Below are positions 1 through 12,518 of a stretch of DNA of 64,000 nt, piece by piece. The notes beneath the pieces were generated by a model, which saw nothing but the letters and a program-made list of their open reading frames with translations, ran no database searches and was not told the origin of the DNA. The DNA comes from Zancudomyces culisetae HAW-14-8. Taxonomy: Eukaryota > Fungi > Kickxellomycota. The translations under genes and the position numbers were made by a program. Position 1 is the stretch's first letter. The number at the start of each line of letters is the position of its first letter. Where the stretch lies: contig JBNJNM010000011.1 in NCBI GenBank assembly GCA_052426225.1, forward strand, positions 3,720,001 through 3,784,000. The letters are read 5' to 3'.

Positions 1-1
1 G

Positions 2-583
2 AATCAGGTAGTCAAAATAATTGATGACGATAACAAAGAGTTGGATTATAATCAGGTAGGGGAGGTGTGCATCAAGGGTCCAAACATTATGAAGGGATAC
101 TGGAAAAATCCTGAGGCAACAAAGAGTGCACTTGATTCAGAGGGCTTTTTGCATACTGGTGATATTGGATTTGTTAATAAAGATGGTCAACTCAGCATTG
201 TTGATCGAAAGAAGGAGCTGATTAAATACAAAGGATTCCAGGTTCCACCTGCAGAGCTCGAGTCCCTATTGTTGGCACATCCCAGTGTTGCTGATTGTGC
301 AGTGATAGGTGTATATCTTGAAGAACAGGCCACAGAAATACCAAAGGCATTCATTACTCTTCGTTCTCAACATGCTGGAATTTCCGAGTCAGAAAAGCAA
401 AAATTGGCAGGAGATATCAGAACATGGATCGATAGTAAAGTTGTCTCGTACAAAAAAATCAGAGGGGGTGTAGAGATTCTTGATGTCATTCCCAAGAGTG
501 CTGCAGGAAAGATTTTGAGAAGATTGCTTCGTGATCGCGAAAATGAAAAGCTGAAAAACAAAAAACGGTCATCAAAACTGTAG
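2..583 (+). CDS. Peroxisomal 4-coumarate-CoA-ligase/luciferase-like acyl-CoA synthetase, 3' part (truncated by window edge)
   Basis: Frame open from base 2; AMP-binding motifs GEVCIKGPNIMKGY, GFLHTGDIG, IVDRKKELIKYKGFQVPPAELE, PKSAAGKILRR; C-terminal PTS1 -SKL. Confidence 0.93.
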   Translation, partial: NQVVKIIDDDNKELDYNQVGEVCIKGPNIMKGYWKNPEATKSALDSEGFLHTGDIGFVNKDGQLSIVDRKKELIKYKGFQVPPAELESLLLAHPSVADCAVIGVYLEEQATEIPKAFITLRSQHAGISESEKQKLAGDIRTWIDSKVVSYKKIRGGVEILDVIPKSAAGKILRRLLRDRENEKLKNKKRSSKL

Positions 584-1925
584 TTGAGTTCATATTGTTT
601 AAAATTCTTGCATATTTGATCTTTTCTTCTTTCTTTCCAGCATTCAACATTTTGATAACTCAATAAATGTTGATTTGTTTATTACTGGATTCCTTTTTAC
701 TTTAATACCCAATGCCATTCCAGTTGTGTTTTATTGGTATCACCTTTTTTTCTTCAAAAGCTTAATTTTAAGGTGCGCCATTTTGAGTTGCGCCGATGTG
801 CCTTGATCCTTTTAAACAAAGCGATTAAAAAACTTGACTCTTACGTACAATCCGACTTAAGAAATCAGGAACTAGTGTTTTTTTTATATAAAGAAAGTAG
901 GTTTTCTATATATAGTATTAAAATATCAAAACAGCACTTCTACTTTCTAGTATACCACGGATACTTATGTTTCACACCTTACTCCAACAAAAAGACAATT
1001 GCCGCATCTACTTGGCGATTCAGTCCGAAACAAAAAATATATACTAAATAACCTTTTTATTTTTTTTCAAGTAACCAGCTGTCTCATAAGTATAAGGTAT
1101 GGAGCGCTCAGAAAATACGCCACACCATGAGAAAATACTACAATTAGCTGAGGACATATGTCTTTTTTTTCTGCCTTTGGGTCAAGTCAGACAAAACTCA
1201 CCAATTTTCATATAAATGTGGGGTTCTTTTCTGAAAACTTGCATCATACAAAGTGTTGAGTGTAATAGATTATTCATCAAGCTCACTCGGAACCACAGAA
1301 AGGAAACATTATTAGCACTATACTTACTATGAGTATACATCCACTTATCCCCAAAATTTAACCTCTCCTTCTTTCTTTCCTGCTTGCCTCTTGTAAATAC
1401 ACACAATATGTACCGATGTTGTTTTTTAACTAAAGTTAGTGCTTATTTAATGAGCACACTACACGCTATTGTTTTTTTATCGAAATCAGATAAATAGGTA
1501 AAGAAGGATTTGCACGTTTGCAGCTGTTTTTCGTTACAAGGTTGTTGTTAAGACAAGCAAATAGTTTCAACTGCTTTCTAACGTTATTACATGCCCATAC
1601 CATGTACTTTTGTCTCACCCTTAGTGCGCCACTAAATAAAAACTGAGTATTATATGCAGTTGCGATTTACTAACATAGCACGACGTTTATTGACAAGGTA
1701 GTTGGATTCAATTTTGATCCCATTTTAACATTCGTATGTGATTACCAACCTTTAAAAAAGTCGCTTTAAATACAAAAAAGTTATTCACACATGTATTTAA
1801 GAGGTAAAATTCTCATCACTAAAGCGGAGGAGCAAAGTGACAAATTTCTGTTCTTTTGGTTCTACATTATATTTTTGTTGTTTAAGAACCTTTAATAAAA
1901 ACGCCTGTCCCTTCTGGAAAAAAAA

Positions 1926-3086
1926 ATGTACTCCAGACCTACAGCAATATTTTTTGCTATGATATTTAACATATCAACCTCGATTGGGGAATGTTTATTG
2001 GAGGAAAACTTTAAAAGTTGTATGGAGCATGTACAGATAAAACTAAGGAGTGAATGTACCGCTTCTGAAGATTATGATTGCCTGTGTGTATGGCACAAGG
2101 AAATAAGAGCCTGCTATGACCAATGTCCAGGTGATCCACTTAAGTTGGCTGAAAAAGCGGGAGCTGAAGCGTCACTAAGACAGTATTGCACCCTTGCTGA
2201 TGCCAATAAAAGAATAAGACTTTTGGTTCCTTCGTATGGCCACTTACTCCAGGAGTTGATGGATTCTCCAGGTGAAGATAGAGACATTATAAATACCCAA
2301 CTGGAGTTGGAGAAAAAACCCATACAATCCTCGCCAGTTGCACCACAGCAAACTTATCCGGCAACACCGGCTCTAGAATATGAGCCATCAAGTTCTGAGT
2401 ACCTACAGCCCCAGTATATATCCTCATTCCTGCCATCACCACCATCACCACCATCAAAATCGAGTATTACTACCGATTACGCTCCAGTCGAAGTGGATTC
2501 CCAGGAAAGATTGTCGGTAAATTCGTCTATATTATCTGCATCCTCCCAAGATCCAAAAGTTCAGAATGCACAATCTGTGGCAAGCATTCAAGAAAACTCA
2601 TCGTACTTCAAGGGTATTCAACAAGAAAACGAAATAGGTGCGTCTGACTTCATATCGACTGAGTTATTGTCAACGAGGTCGCTCCTACAGCTGGAAGATC
2701 CAGAGTCAAAGGTATTAAATGGAGGCATGGCACAATTGGGCGGCTTTGGTGAAGCTACTAAGCCGAAGCCAGACTTTATGGCCAGTTTACAAATAAAGAC
2801 AGCCGATGGAGGCATACCAAATGATGTAAACAAAGATTCGTATTTCGATTCAGGAAAAGAGACTGGAACAGGAGAAAGTTTATCTGGTAAGTACAATACG
2901 CTTTTGAATGATGAAAGTGGCGTGAAGAAAACGACCGGAAAGATAGTTTACACCACTATAACCAATGCGACAAAATCAAGCAACAATTATACAAGCTCGT
3001 TTGATAGCAGCACTGTGTCATTTTATAACAGTAACATTAAGTTATGTTTATCCTTACTTTTTATAGCTTGTTTAATTGTATTTTAG
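1926..3086 (+). CDS. Secreted, probably GPI-anchored cell-surface protein with N-terminal 6-Cys domain and Ser/Thr/Pro-rich stalk
   Basis: Hydrophobic N-terminus; C..C..C-x5-YDCLC..CYDQCPGDP..YC pattern; S/T/P-rich middle; hydrophobic C-terminal tail LCLSLLFIACLIVF. Confidence 0.75.
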   Translation: MYSRPTAIFFAMIFNISTSIGECLLEENFKSCMEHVQIKLRSECTASEDYDCLCVWHKEIRACYDQCPGDPLKLAEKAGAEASLRQYCTLADANKRIRLLVPSYGHLLQELMDSPGEDRDIINTQLELEKKPIQSSPVAPQQTYPATPALEYEPSSSEYLQPQYISSFLPSPPSPPSKSSITTDYAPVEVDSQERLSVNSSILSASSQDPKVQNAQSVASIQENSSYFKGIQQENEIGASDFISTELLSTRSLLQLEDPESKVLNGGMAQLGGFGEATKPKPDFMASLQIKTADGGIPNDVNKDSYFDSGKETGTGESLSGKYNTLLNDESGVKKTTGKIVYTTITNATKSSNNYTSSFDSSTVSFYNSNIKLCLSLLFIACLIVF

Positions 3087-4024
3087 CTTGGAATGCAAAA
3101 ATATTAACCCTTTTTGTGACTCGAGTTTTCAATATTTTATTTTTACTCAAATATAAATACACAAAAACACACAGTGTTTGTAATGGCGAAGTTTCTGAAG
3201 GCGCAATTAAAAAAATGAGTCTAGCCAGGAGTGTGGTTTTTAGTATTATAGCTTTTTGTAATACATAAGAAAATACTGTGACTTGTAGGGATGTACATGT
3301 TCTTAAAATTTACCACAACAGCGCCTGAAGATGGATAGGGGAGGACTCTAAGAGCATTTATTGTGTTTGAATCTGCATTTCGCTTTTTAACTCCAGTATA
3401 AGGCAGTAAAAGGTGTACAGTGGGCGGATATCATGTAATTCATGGGTGACAGTAAGGATGTAGGGTGATGGCAATTGCTGGACAGCATTGTGCACATAAA
3501 ACGGGTAAAGTTTCCATTAAATTCTGTTTTTTTTAGCCAAAATATTAGCTCCGTTGGAAAATTACCATGTGTAAATTACAAATTAATGCTAAATTGGAAA
3601 GCATTACAAATTAAATATGCACCCAAAAGCTAAAAGACGAATTAAATGTCGGCTTGAAGTTCCAATTACAAGAACTGAGATGTTTTATTTATAGTAAAAT
3701 TGCTAGATTCACAAACAAGGTGTAACAACAAAATTAAGAAACACTAGAACAAGCTAGTATACATCAGTATTTATATATTTCCATCGGCTATAGCTTTTGT
3801 GTGCTTTCTTGTTTGTTATCGTTTTGTTTTTTTGTCTGGCTTTCTAGATAATTTAGATTTAGCTTCGAACTTTTCACCATACATACCAAGGATCCAAGGC
3901 GCATTATAAATAAAACACAAAGCCCCCCCCCTCTTCCTATGGTAAGCAGTAGTGCAAATGTAGGAAAATATACTATCAACAAAAATCTTAGATTGATAAG
4001 GCTTTATAAACGTAGGTACAAAAT

Positions 4025-4957
4025 ATGGATAAAGGGTATAATTTAAACAACCCCGGCGTGCGAAGAATCCTAAAAGAATGGAGAGATTTGCAACGAGAAG
4101 AGTCACAGGAATTTACTGCCTTTCCCACAGAAGACAACATCTTTGATTGGCATTTCACAATCCGGGGACCTCCTGGTACCCCATTTAGTGGCGGTAAATA
4201 TCATGGTCGAATAATTCTACCATCCGAATATCCACTTAAACCCCCAAGTGTTATTTTTATGACCAAGAATGGTAGATTTGAGACTAATAAAAAAATATGC
4301 CTGTCCTTCACTGAATACCATCCCGAAACCTGGCTTCCAAGTTGGGGTATCCGGACAGTTCTTCTTGCAATTATCAGTTTCCTACCAACAAAGGGTGAAG
4401 GTGCGATAGCATCTTTGGATCACTCTGATGAAGTACGGATGAGCTTGGCCAAGGATTCAAATAATTTTGTTTGTCCCACTTGCTTTACACGCGTGGCAGA
4501 TATTCTCAATAACGAGCCAACTATTATAGAGAGTGGAGATATGCTCAAATTACTGCAACGCGATAATGAAAATGAAAACGAAAACAAAAGTAAAGGGAGT
4601 AAAAATCAAGATAAAAAACCAATAAAATTACAACCATCCATATCATCCCAACCAAATTCCAACTCTGGAGCGCCTGGCTCGGAATACTCTGCCGATTTAC
4701 GTGCAGAGAACCATACCAATAGAACACACAATGAGGAATATGGTACCGCCATTGTGCACCAAAACACTGTACTTCCGAGTGTTCCGTATGACACACCTAA
4801 CCCTCAGAATACTCAGCAGGCAAACAGGCGTAACTTTGGTTTTTTCTCATTAAATATCCCAGATACTTTGATTTTCTATGATACTGGAATATATATAATC
4901 TTGGCTCTTCTTGTATTGTTAGTGGCAAAGAAGTTGGCTTTATACCTGTATCAATAG
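4025..4957 (+). CDS. UBC6: Tail-anchored ERAD ubiquitin-conjugating enzyme (Ubc6/UBE2J1-type)
   Basis: WHFTIRGPPGTPF, YHGRIILPSEYPLKPP, NGRFETNKKICLSFTEYHPETW (catalytic Cys); C-terminal TM helix. Confidence 0.93.
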   Translation: MDKGYNLNNPGVRRILKEWRDLQREESQEFTAFPTEDNIFDWHFTIRGPPGTPFSGGKYHGRIILPSEYPLKPPSVIFMTKNGRFETNKKICLSFTEYHPETWLPSWGIRTVLLAIISFLPTKGEGAIASLDHSDEVRMSLAKDSNNFVCPTCFTRVADILNNEPTIIESGDMLKLLQRDNENENENKSKGSKNQDKKPIKLQPSISSQPNSNSGAPGSEYSADLRAENHTNRTHNEEYGTAIVHQNTVLPSVPYDTPNPQNTQQANRRNFGFFSLNIPDTLIFYDTGIYIILALLVLLVAKKLALYLYQ

Positions 4958-5862
4958 TGCTTCATTTTGTTTTCATCAAAACTATTTTAATATTGCATTA
5001 TAGCGAGTTTCTCTCTTTTGTAATAAAAACAATCACGCTAGTTTTCAGTTAATAATTACTGGTTCGGTATAACCGGATCATTTTTATCTTATTCCAGAAA
5101 GAACTGAGTCTGTAAAGCAAAAGAAAGCCATAGGAGGAGGAGGAGAGTGATATGAAGGATGAGCATCAACAATAGCTTTATAGTAGTGACAATAATTACA
5201 AAATACCTCTAGCTGTAGGTATTTTTGAATGTTGGTTTGGAGCTTGGTATCAACCATGGCGATAGTAGCGTAAAGTTGTGCTTTGAGTGCAAAATATGTG
5301 GAAAGGGATAACTTCTCACCCCGTTTTTGCATACTTATTGCTAATAAGCATGTATAATATGGTATATGGGCCATCAATCTATCTCTGGTGGTGTACCTTA
5401 GTTAGGAGTAATAACAAAAACATTCAAAACAGTTCATAGCTTTTGTGGGCACTTTATCACTGGTTTTTCATCACAAATTCTCAGATATTCATTTGTCAAA
5501 AGCTGTTTTGAGTTGGGGGGATTGGACTGTTTTATTTTTTTTCTAATTTTTTACATTTTTACAAAAATAGAGCAACAAAATAAAATAAATAAAAAAGTAT
5601 CGTATATATATATAAGTTGGGTGACTGAAGGTATATTCCCGCAATATATAAAAGAATTGGGGCACAAAGGGACTCATTTATCTGCGAGGATATTTCAGTT
5701 TAGTTTAACTATACAATAAGATCAAAATTAACGACAATCGTCGCCAAAGAAAGCTAGAAAATAAAAATTTCAGCTAGTAACTACAGAAATTCACTCCTAC
5801 CTCCTGACAGAAATCTAAATACGCGTTACTAGAAGTAGAAAAACAATTCGCAACGTACAACG

Positions 5863-6289
5863 ATGGCCTTGGAGGATATTAAGCGAACAAAACAGGAAGA
5901 ATTGAATCAGATGGAGGTTATACGTGATTTATCACGCGATATATCAGGTATACTGACCAAATTTGATGAATCATTTGGACGGATCGAGAGCCACTTCAAT
6001 GGTGAGTAATCAAATACTTTCGCTATTATAGTGCCACTTTTTGATAAAAATTTAGATCAAGCGGCATAATAAAAAAATAGAAATGAACAAATTGGTAAAC
6101 GTGTGGATGGAAGTGTTTCATGCGTCAAAGATGGTAAGCGTGAAAACTTTTGAGAGCGACAGGCATAGCGAACCAACCAATGATGAGAGGGCCACAACAA
6201 TTGAAGCACATGAGGAAGCAAAACATAGCGGAGCAGCATATACAAGTAAATGCGAAGAAGTGGTGCTAATGCCAATGCAATCAAAGTAG
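5863..6289 (+). CDS. DAD2: DASH/Dam1 complex subunit Dad2 (exons 5863-6001, 6081-6289)
   Basis: Manual splice across GTGAGT..TAG 79-nt intron gives MALEDIKRTKQEELNQMEVIRDLSRDI..E-MNKLVNVWMEVFHAS..EEVVLMP, resembling the Dad2 pattern (ELxxLxxLRDLS..NWxxV..LVRIP). Confidence 0.7.
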
Positions 6290-6477
6290 CCCTTTTTGAG
6301 CAACGAGGACTTGGAGTTGAAAATTATGTATTATTAAAAATATAGCAAGTCTCTCGATTAACTGTTCTTTAAACTTTACAACGGTGTTACTTAATAAAGA
6401 TCTTCTGTTTCAACCAAAATACTTGTAACTCCGCTCACAAATATACCTATTACAGACCATTTATCTGGGATTAGACA

Positions 6478-8265
6478 CTAATGAATGCGGGTGTTATTTT
6501 TTAAATCTATGACTAGTCTCCTGATCCTAGACCTCATAGTGTTTGGGTTTTCAATATCCTCTTCAATCACTCTCCAAAAATTTCTGGGGAAGGCCTTTTC
6601 CTTGGATGGTGGTATCTCCTCTAAGTAAATAAAAACAACGGTTAAGAGCACTGAAAATATATACATAAATGAGTATAGTTGATTTGATTCACTACCTCTT
6701 ATAACAGGACTAACGGGTTTGGGAATAAATTCAGTATTATATCCCGTATTTAAAGGTTCAAAATCAGCCGGCCCGTTTAGATATGGACGCTTAAAGAACA
6801 ACCTCTCCGCGTTAGCGCTTATCTTGTGAGAAAGGTTTGTCTTTGCAGAAAAAAAGGAAGGCTCGTCGTCATCTCCAGTGTTGTTTATGGGCCGCGTATT
6901 TCCTACCAAAAGGCCATGACCAAGGATTTCGGGTTTTACAGGTTCTGGTTTTTCAAAGTTCGAGAACTTCAGTACCGTGTTAGGTTTGTCATCAGGAACT
7001 CCTGGTTTTATTTCTAGGCAATAGATCCCGCGATCACTCAAGTATGGCGAGACGGACCCTGTATTTTTAAGTACAGACGTGTTTTTGGAGTTTTTATACT
7101 TTACGTATCTTCTCGACAATTCCTCAGCGATGGCTAGCACATAAACTCCACAATCGTAATCTATTAGCAACAGAATAATAATTATCTCTTAGTGACGCCT
7201 TTCCTCCCTCTTGTGCCCCTTTCCACTTAGATCGTTATCAAAAGGAAACAACTGGAGTATTGTGCTTTAAATTGCGCGAAGAAAGTAAAATAGATGAAAG
7301 TAAATACCGTTATTTTGCTGAGGTGTGTACATCGACTTAAAGTAAAAGGCTTCATATGTATATCATTTAATTAGTACTGTGTATGAAAAGAAGGGCTAAT
7401 GGTTTAATAAAAGCTGGTGGTATGAAAAATGCAATAAGATATAAAGCAGGCTTACGTTTTTTTGTCTTGTATGAGCTGCAATCTAAAAACTTTGCCAATA
7501 TCTGCGCTGCATACTCGGCAAAACGTTTGTTGTGTTTGTTAATCGAGTCGTAATAGTAGTAGGTTCTGGTTTCTTTGGAATATACAAGTAAGGACCTAAA
7601 AAGAACAGTAATTTTGATATTTTCCAATGTTAACTCAGAACAGCTCCATCTACAATAAATAAAGGTCTATTATAGTTTTGGTAATTACCAATGGTTCCGG
7701 TTATTTAGTGGAATTATCGCCATTCCCTTTAATTTCATTTCCCTCTCAAGCTGGGTGGACAGGTTGTCAAGGAATTTAGGCTCTATTTTGTTGTTTCAAT
7801 CGAAAAGACACCTGCAAGTTATTTTGGTGCACGGATATATAGAATTTAACATAATTCGGAAGAAATCGTTAAACATATACTCACTTTTAGAACTACAAAT
7901 AGCGTGTGTAGTATACGCACCCAGAAAATAAACATAATTGTTCTTAAACTCCTTTGTTTCAAGGTACCTAGGTTGAAAAAAAAGATTTTACGAAGAATTA
8001 ATTCCAACCAAATATGAAGTGCGACAGCTATCCACATATCACTCTTTATTCATCCACTACACAATTATACCTGCTTAGGTGCCGATCTAATGCGGTTCAG
8101 TACATTGCTTAAAGTTTACGCAAAGGTAAAAATAATAACATAAAAGACTTACGTTAGGTAGAAATTAATCATTTCGCCAGTAAGCCAGCCACGAGGTAGT
8201 AAAGAGTCAAAATCATATCTCCTAATTTCATGGTTTTCATATTCAAATAGCAGGTCTGAACTCAT
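6478..8265 (-). CDS. NEDD8-specific Ulp1-family protease (NEDP1/SENP8-like); exons 8265-8153, 7967-7885, 7782-7689, 7595-7456, 7349-7308, 7160-6696, 6620-6478
   Basis: Spliced product has DSLLPRGWLTGEMINFY, NNRNHWSLLVY..YYDS and PQQNNDYDCGVYVL (His-Asp-Cys triad and oxyanion Gln of C48 proteases); intron phases are consistent. Confidence 0.82.
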
Positions 8266-10615
8266 TTTTCCTTTTGTTTTTCTGCAATTGCATATTTGAT
8301 CGAGTCGCAGAACCAATGTCCGAATTTCCCGTGTTAATTCAAGGCAAAAAACAACGATATAGAGACCACGAATGCCGGAAATTTAAAATAGAATATATCA
8401 CCCCCGATTTCCCTTGACTTTTAAAAAGCGATGTTGTTAGCCACGCGTCGAATTAGATTAATGGAGAGAAAATAGACAGAAGGAAAATTACCCTTTGGTG
8501 TATTAACCTCTAAGCGCACCCGAGATAAACTCTTTCAAGTCTATTCCTAGTGATAAAATAAAATAAAATAAAACTATGGTGGATCTCTACAAAGTATCTA
8601 TGGATGGATATGTTAGTAAAAGATTTTACTTGCTCTTAAATAGACATACTGTAGAAATGTAGATAATCCAAATGCTATGCCCTTAACGTGTTTAGATTGC
8701 CGTAAACAAGGAATTTCTTTTGTTTTTGGCGTTTTAAATCCCCATTGGTAAAAACTGCACGACATATTGTGCAAACACGTAACTAGCGCAAAAATGATTG
8801 GTGGTTGCAATAATTTCGATTCTAGCTAAAGGTAGATTCCTTAGCTGCCCTATATTGAAAGTATTTATGGCTGTTATACTTGCAGGTCTATACAAAAACA
8901 CACAGCATAGGGGTTGAATCAATAGAGTATGCAGACTGGGGTATCAAAAATACAGATATCGTATCTCTTTACCAGTAGCTGAATGTGGAACTAATCTCTT
9001 GCACATTCCTGCATTTTTCCTTGAAGTAGAAGGCGGAATGGATATGTCGGTATTTTTGTTTTACAGAACTATTCGTGTCATATTCTTAAAAAAAAGACTA
9101 GATGTATCCAGGAAAAAACCTGCTATTCACTGTTATTAATGACTAAAGCATAGAAATTAAATGTTATATCCAACATGCGTTCTACATGCGCGCTTTTTTC
9201 TGTCTGCAGTTTTAAGAAGGTGCTTTTCCAACAATGGGAATAGACTGTCGTACATATATTTACGCAGTAAAACCCCATTCAAAACAAAACAGACCAGAAA
9301 AATCTTTAAAATATTTTGTGTGCATCATCTGATGTAATATATAGTAGCACTGTATGAATTATGATAATAACTATAAAAAAATCTATCATATTTCTCCGTT
9401 TTATGTTGTCGTTTTGTAGCTATTTAACAAAAGACGCGAAAATTGCAAATAAAAAGTACCTTGAGTATTTCTGTGGTACTCGAAATTAACGGCAGATCAA
9501 CCTATTCTCAACCTAGTACATATATAAGCGAGGTAGTACGGGATATCCTTTTTTAAAATAAAGTTCTAACGCTACAGATGTAATTTTGATAGGGTGCAAA
9601 TGTCAATTAAATAACTAGCCGTAAAAGACAAAGCAAGGAAAAAAGGACAAAAAAAAAGAGCTAATTATACCCCTTTTTATCATAATATTACCTCTATGGA
9701 TCAAGTAAGCTTACTAGTGGATATATAAAGGATATCGCTGGCTCAACATGGGTTCTGTGCTAGTATGTATGAATTGTAGATCCCATATCGAAGCGCGTAA
9801 TAGGCAAACTCTTATAAAACAAGCATAATGTTGGCCTATATTTTTTATAAAAGCTACATAGCCATAATCATCAGCCTTCCATGTTGTGTGATTTTACCCT
9901 CTCACCTGACCATGTTGAGTTTTGGTTTTTTTTTCTCAATCCCCACTTTTATATAATTTACTTTAAATTTGTTGCGAAAAAAATGCACATGAAAACTCTG
10001 GGATTAGCTGCGAAGGAGAGGGAGGGATTGAGGTGGCAATATTGCGAGAAACAATAAAAACAATCAAGGACCCACCCACTTACCAAAAGGGAAAAGCTAA
10101 TTCAAAATCCAAACAAAGCCGTTATACCTCCTAATTAAAGCAAATGGTAATGCAGATACAACTTTTTATTTTTATTATAGCTTGAGCTAAATATCCGTAA
10201 TTCCAAGTTGGCGAATAAAAGCAAAGGAAAAAAACTTTTGCACCTATTAACCATAAGGTGCAAATTATGTTTATGCTTAATGATGCAGGTCTTGAGATGA
10301 AAATAGGATAATTTTGTTTCATCGCAAATTCTGGGAATCTATACTAAATTAGTTAGAATATATAGTTGAAAATACCAAAAGGGGTCCAAGGTGGCTAAAA
10401 CATAATCTTAACGGAATCTGAACCAGATTGATTTATTATACGAACCGAAGAAAAAAGACCATTTTCGCACATCGGCTTCAGATATTTAAAATAAGCAATT
10501 ACTCTTATAATCTTATTTCTTGTTTAAGGCGCATTTTAAGAAGGGAGTATTGTACCAGAAGGGATCGCTATTCTTTACCTTCAAAGCTGGTAACACCATC
10601 ATAACAAAGGCAAAA

Positions 10616-12518
10616 ATGGAGGACTCGGATGAACTATTTGATGTCCATTTTTATGGCGTAAACATCCATCTAGAAATGAAACAGTTAATCGGAACTATCG
10701 GCGTTTACGACCTAAAGAGGAGACTAGAAGATGAGATAGGATATCCTGTTGGTAGAATTCGTTTAGTTTATAAAGGCAAAATAATGACCGATGATTCCAG
10801 GCTGTTGGATTATAGTAAGTACCTGGATGTACTAAAAAGATTTCATGTTTTATTTATTCTTTTTTTTTCCTATTGTTATTATAGATTTTGAAAATGCAGA
10901 CAGGATTCAAGTAATAATATTATCAGAAAATCGACCTGATTATTCTGGTGCCAAGTCGATTAAAAAAGAGAAAACAATGGAGGAGAACCTACTGAAGAAT
11001 TTGTCCAAAAATCCTCTGATAAAGGTACTGCTTTTCTTAATAATCTTTTATCTAAATTTGTATGCAAAAATATGAAAAGAGTTTTTAACGCTTGCGCATA
11101 AATGTTCACAACAACAATAGGAATTTATGAAGTCCCCAGAAATACTCCAAAAAATATTGGGGTCAAATCCGCATATGGAGGAAATGATGCAAAAAAAATC
11201 CCGAGCTACGAAATGTGTTTCAAGATCCCTCTTTCATAAGCCAGGCAAGTATCTTTATTGGTTATTATTTTACATCTATCTATCAAGTTTTGGTATACGA
11301 TACTGTTATAAGAATTAACTATACTCATTACTCATCATGTACATTTTTCGAAATAAAAATAGTTTTCCAACGCAGCACAAAACCCTGAGTTAATGAAAGA
11401 AATGATGAGAAATAGCGATAGAGCCATATCAAATCTAGAAATGCAGCCTGGAGGATTCCAGCATTTGACTAAAATGTACCACAGCTTTCAGAAGCCATTG
11501 GAAAGCGCACAGATGGTAATACATGATGAAATTAGCAACTCTTTGAGCCCACTTCCTTTTGATTGTTCTTATACAGAAAAGCTTAACCTGAAAAAACCAT
11601 TTTATTCTAGAATCCGTTTGGAAGATCTCCAAGAGTTACGAACGAGGATCTTGCACTACTTTTAAACGTTACAGAGCCACCACGTATGTAATATTTGTCT
11701 ATATTTATATATTTGAGCTATTGACTATAAAAAACAATATACCACATAGCTGACAAGATCAACACCACGCCCCTCCCAAACCCTTGGAATTTGAACAACA
11801 GAAGGAGGCCCGCACGAACCCCAGGCCTTGATTTTTCTGGTCTACCTAATTTATCAAGCGATAAATATAATAGGCATTCGCAAGCTGTAATATCTCCACC
11901 TATAAGTGAGGTTCAAAAAAGCCTCAAAAAAGCTGCTGCCTCAAATAACAAAGGTACCATTCATTCAGAAACTACTTAAAAAATTATATAGGAATAGACT
12001 TAACTCTATTGCCAACTATCGTAGATTTTTCAACTCCACAAGTTCCCCAAACCGACAAACGTACTTTTCAAGATCGTAATTGTCTTTTTTTTTCTTCCAC
12101 ACTTGTCACACGAATTGAATTTATGATTTGTTTTATACAGACTTCGCTTTATTAATTTATTGTTAATAATTAATATCCAACCATAATTATAGATGATAAC
12201 AACACAGAGCGCCTCTCAAGGATGTCTATTTCATCACTCCAAAGTATTTCTACACCACAACCAAACACACCAACATTTGCGCAAAATTCGGGATCTGCAG
12301 AGCCTGGAAACTCAAGTTCTTCCAGCTTAAAACCCACCAATTTTTCCAATACCGATACCAGGACTGAGAGCAAAGAATCCAGGTTTTCTAGATACCAAAG
12401 CCAAATACAGCTATTGAGTGAAATGGGGTTTCCCAACAAAGAACGGAATCTGGAAGCTTTGGAGGTTACTAATGGCGACTTGTACTTGGCTGTTGAATAT
12501 TTGGCTCGCAAGCCTTGA
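10616..12518 (+). CDS. DSK2: Ubiquilin/Dsk2 UBL-STI1-UBA shuttle factor (about 8 exons; one GC-AG intron; apparent 1-nt frameshift at A8 11191-11198)
   Basis: UBL RIRLVYKGKIMTDD; EMMRNSDRAISNLEMQPGGFQHL; PLPNPW; UBA RYQSQIQLLSEMGFPNKERNLEAL. Confidence 0.87.

Noticed and set aside
5240-5312. CFECKICGKG zinc-finger-like peptide on the + strand
   Set aside because: Immediately followed by a stop; no His pair or gene structure.
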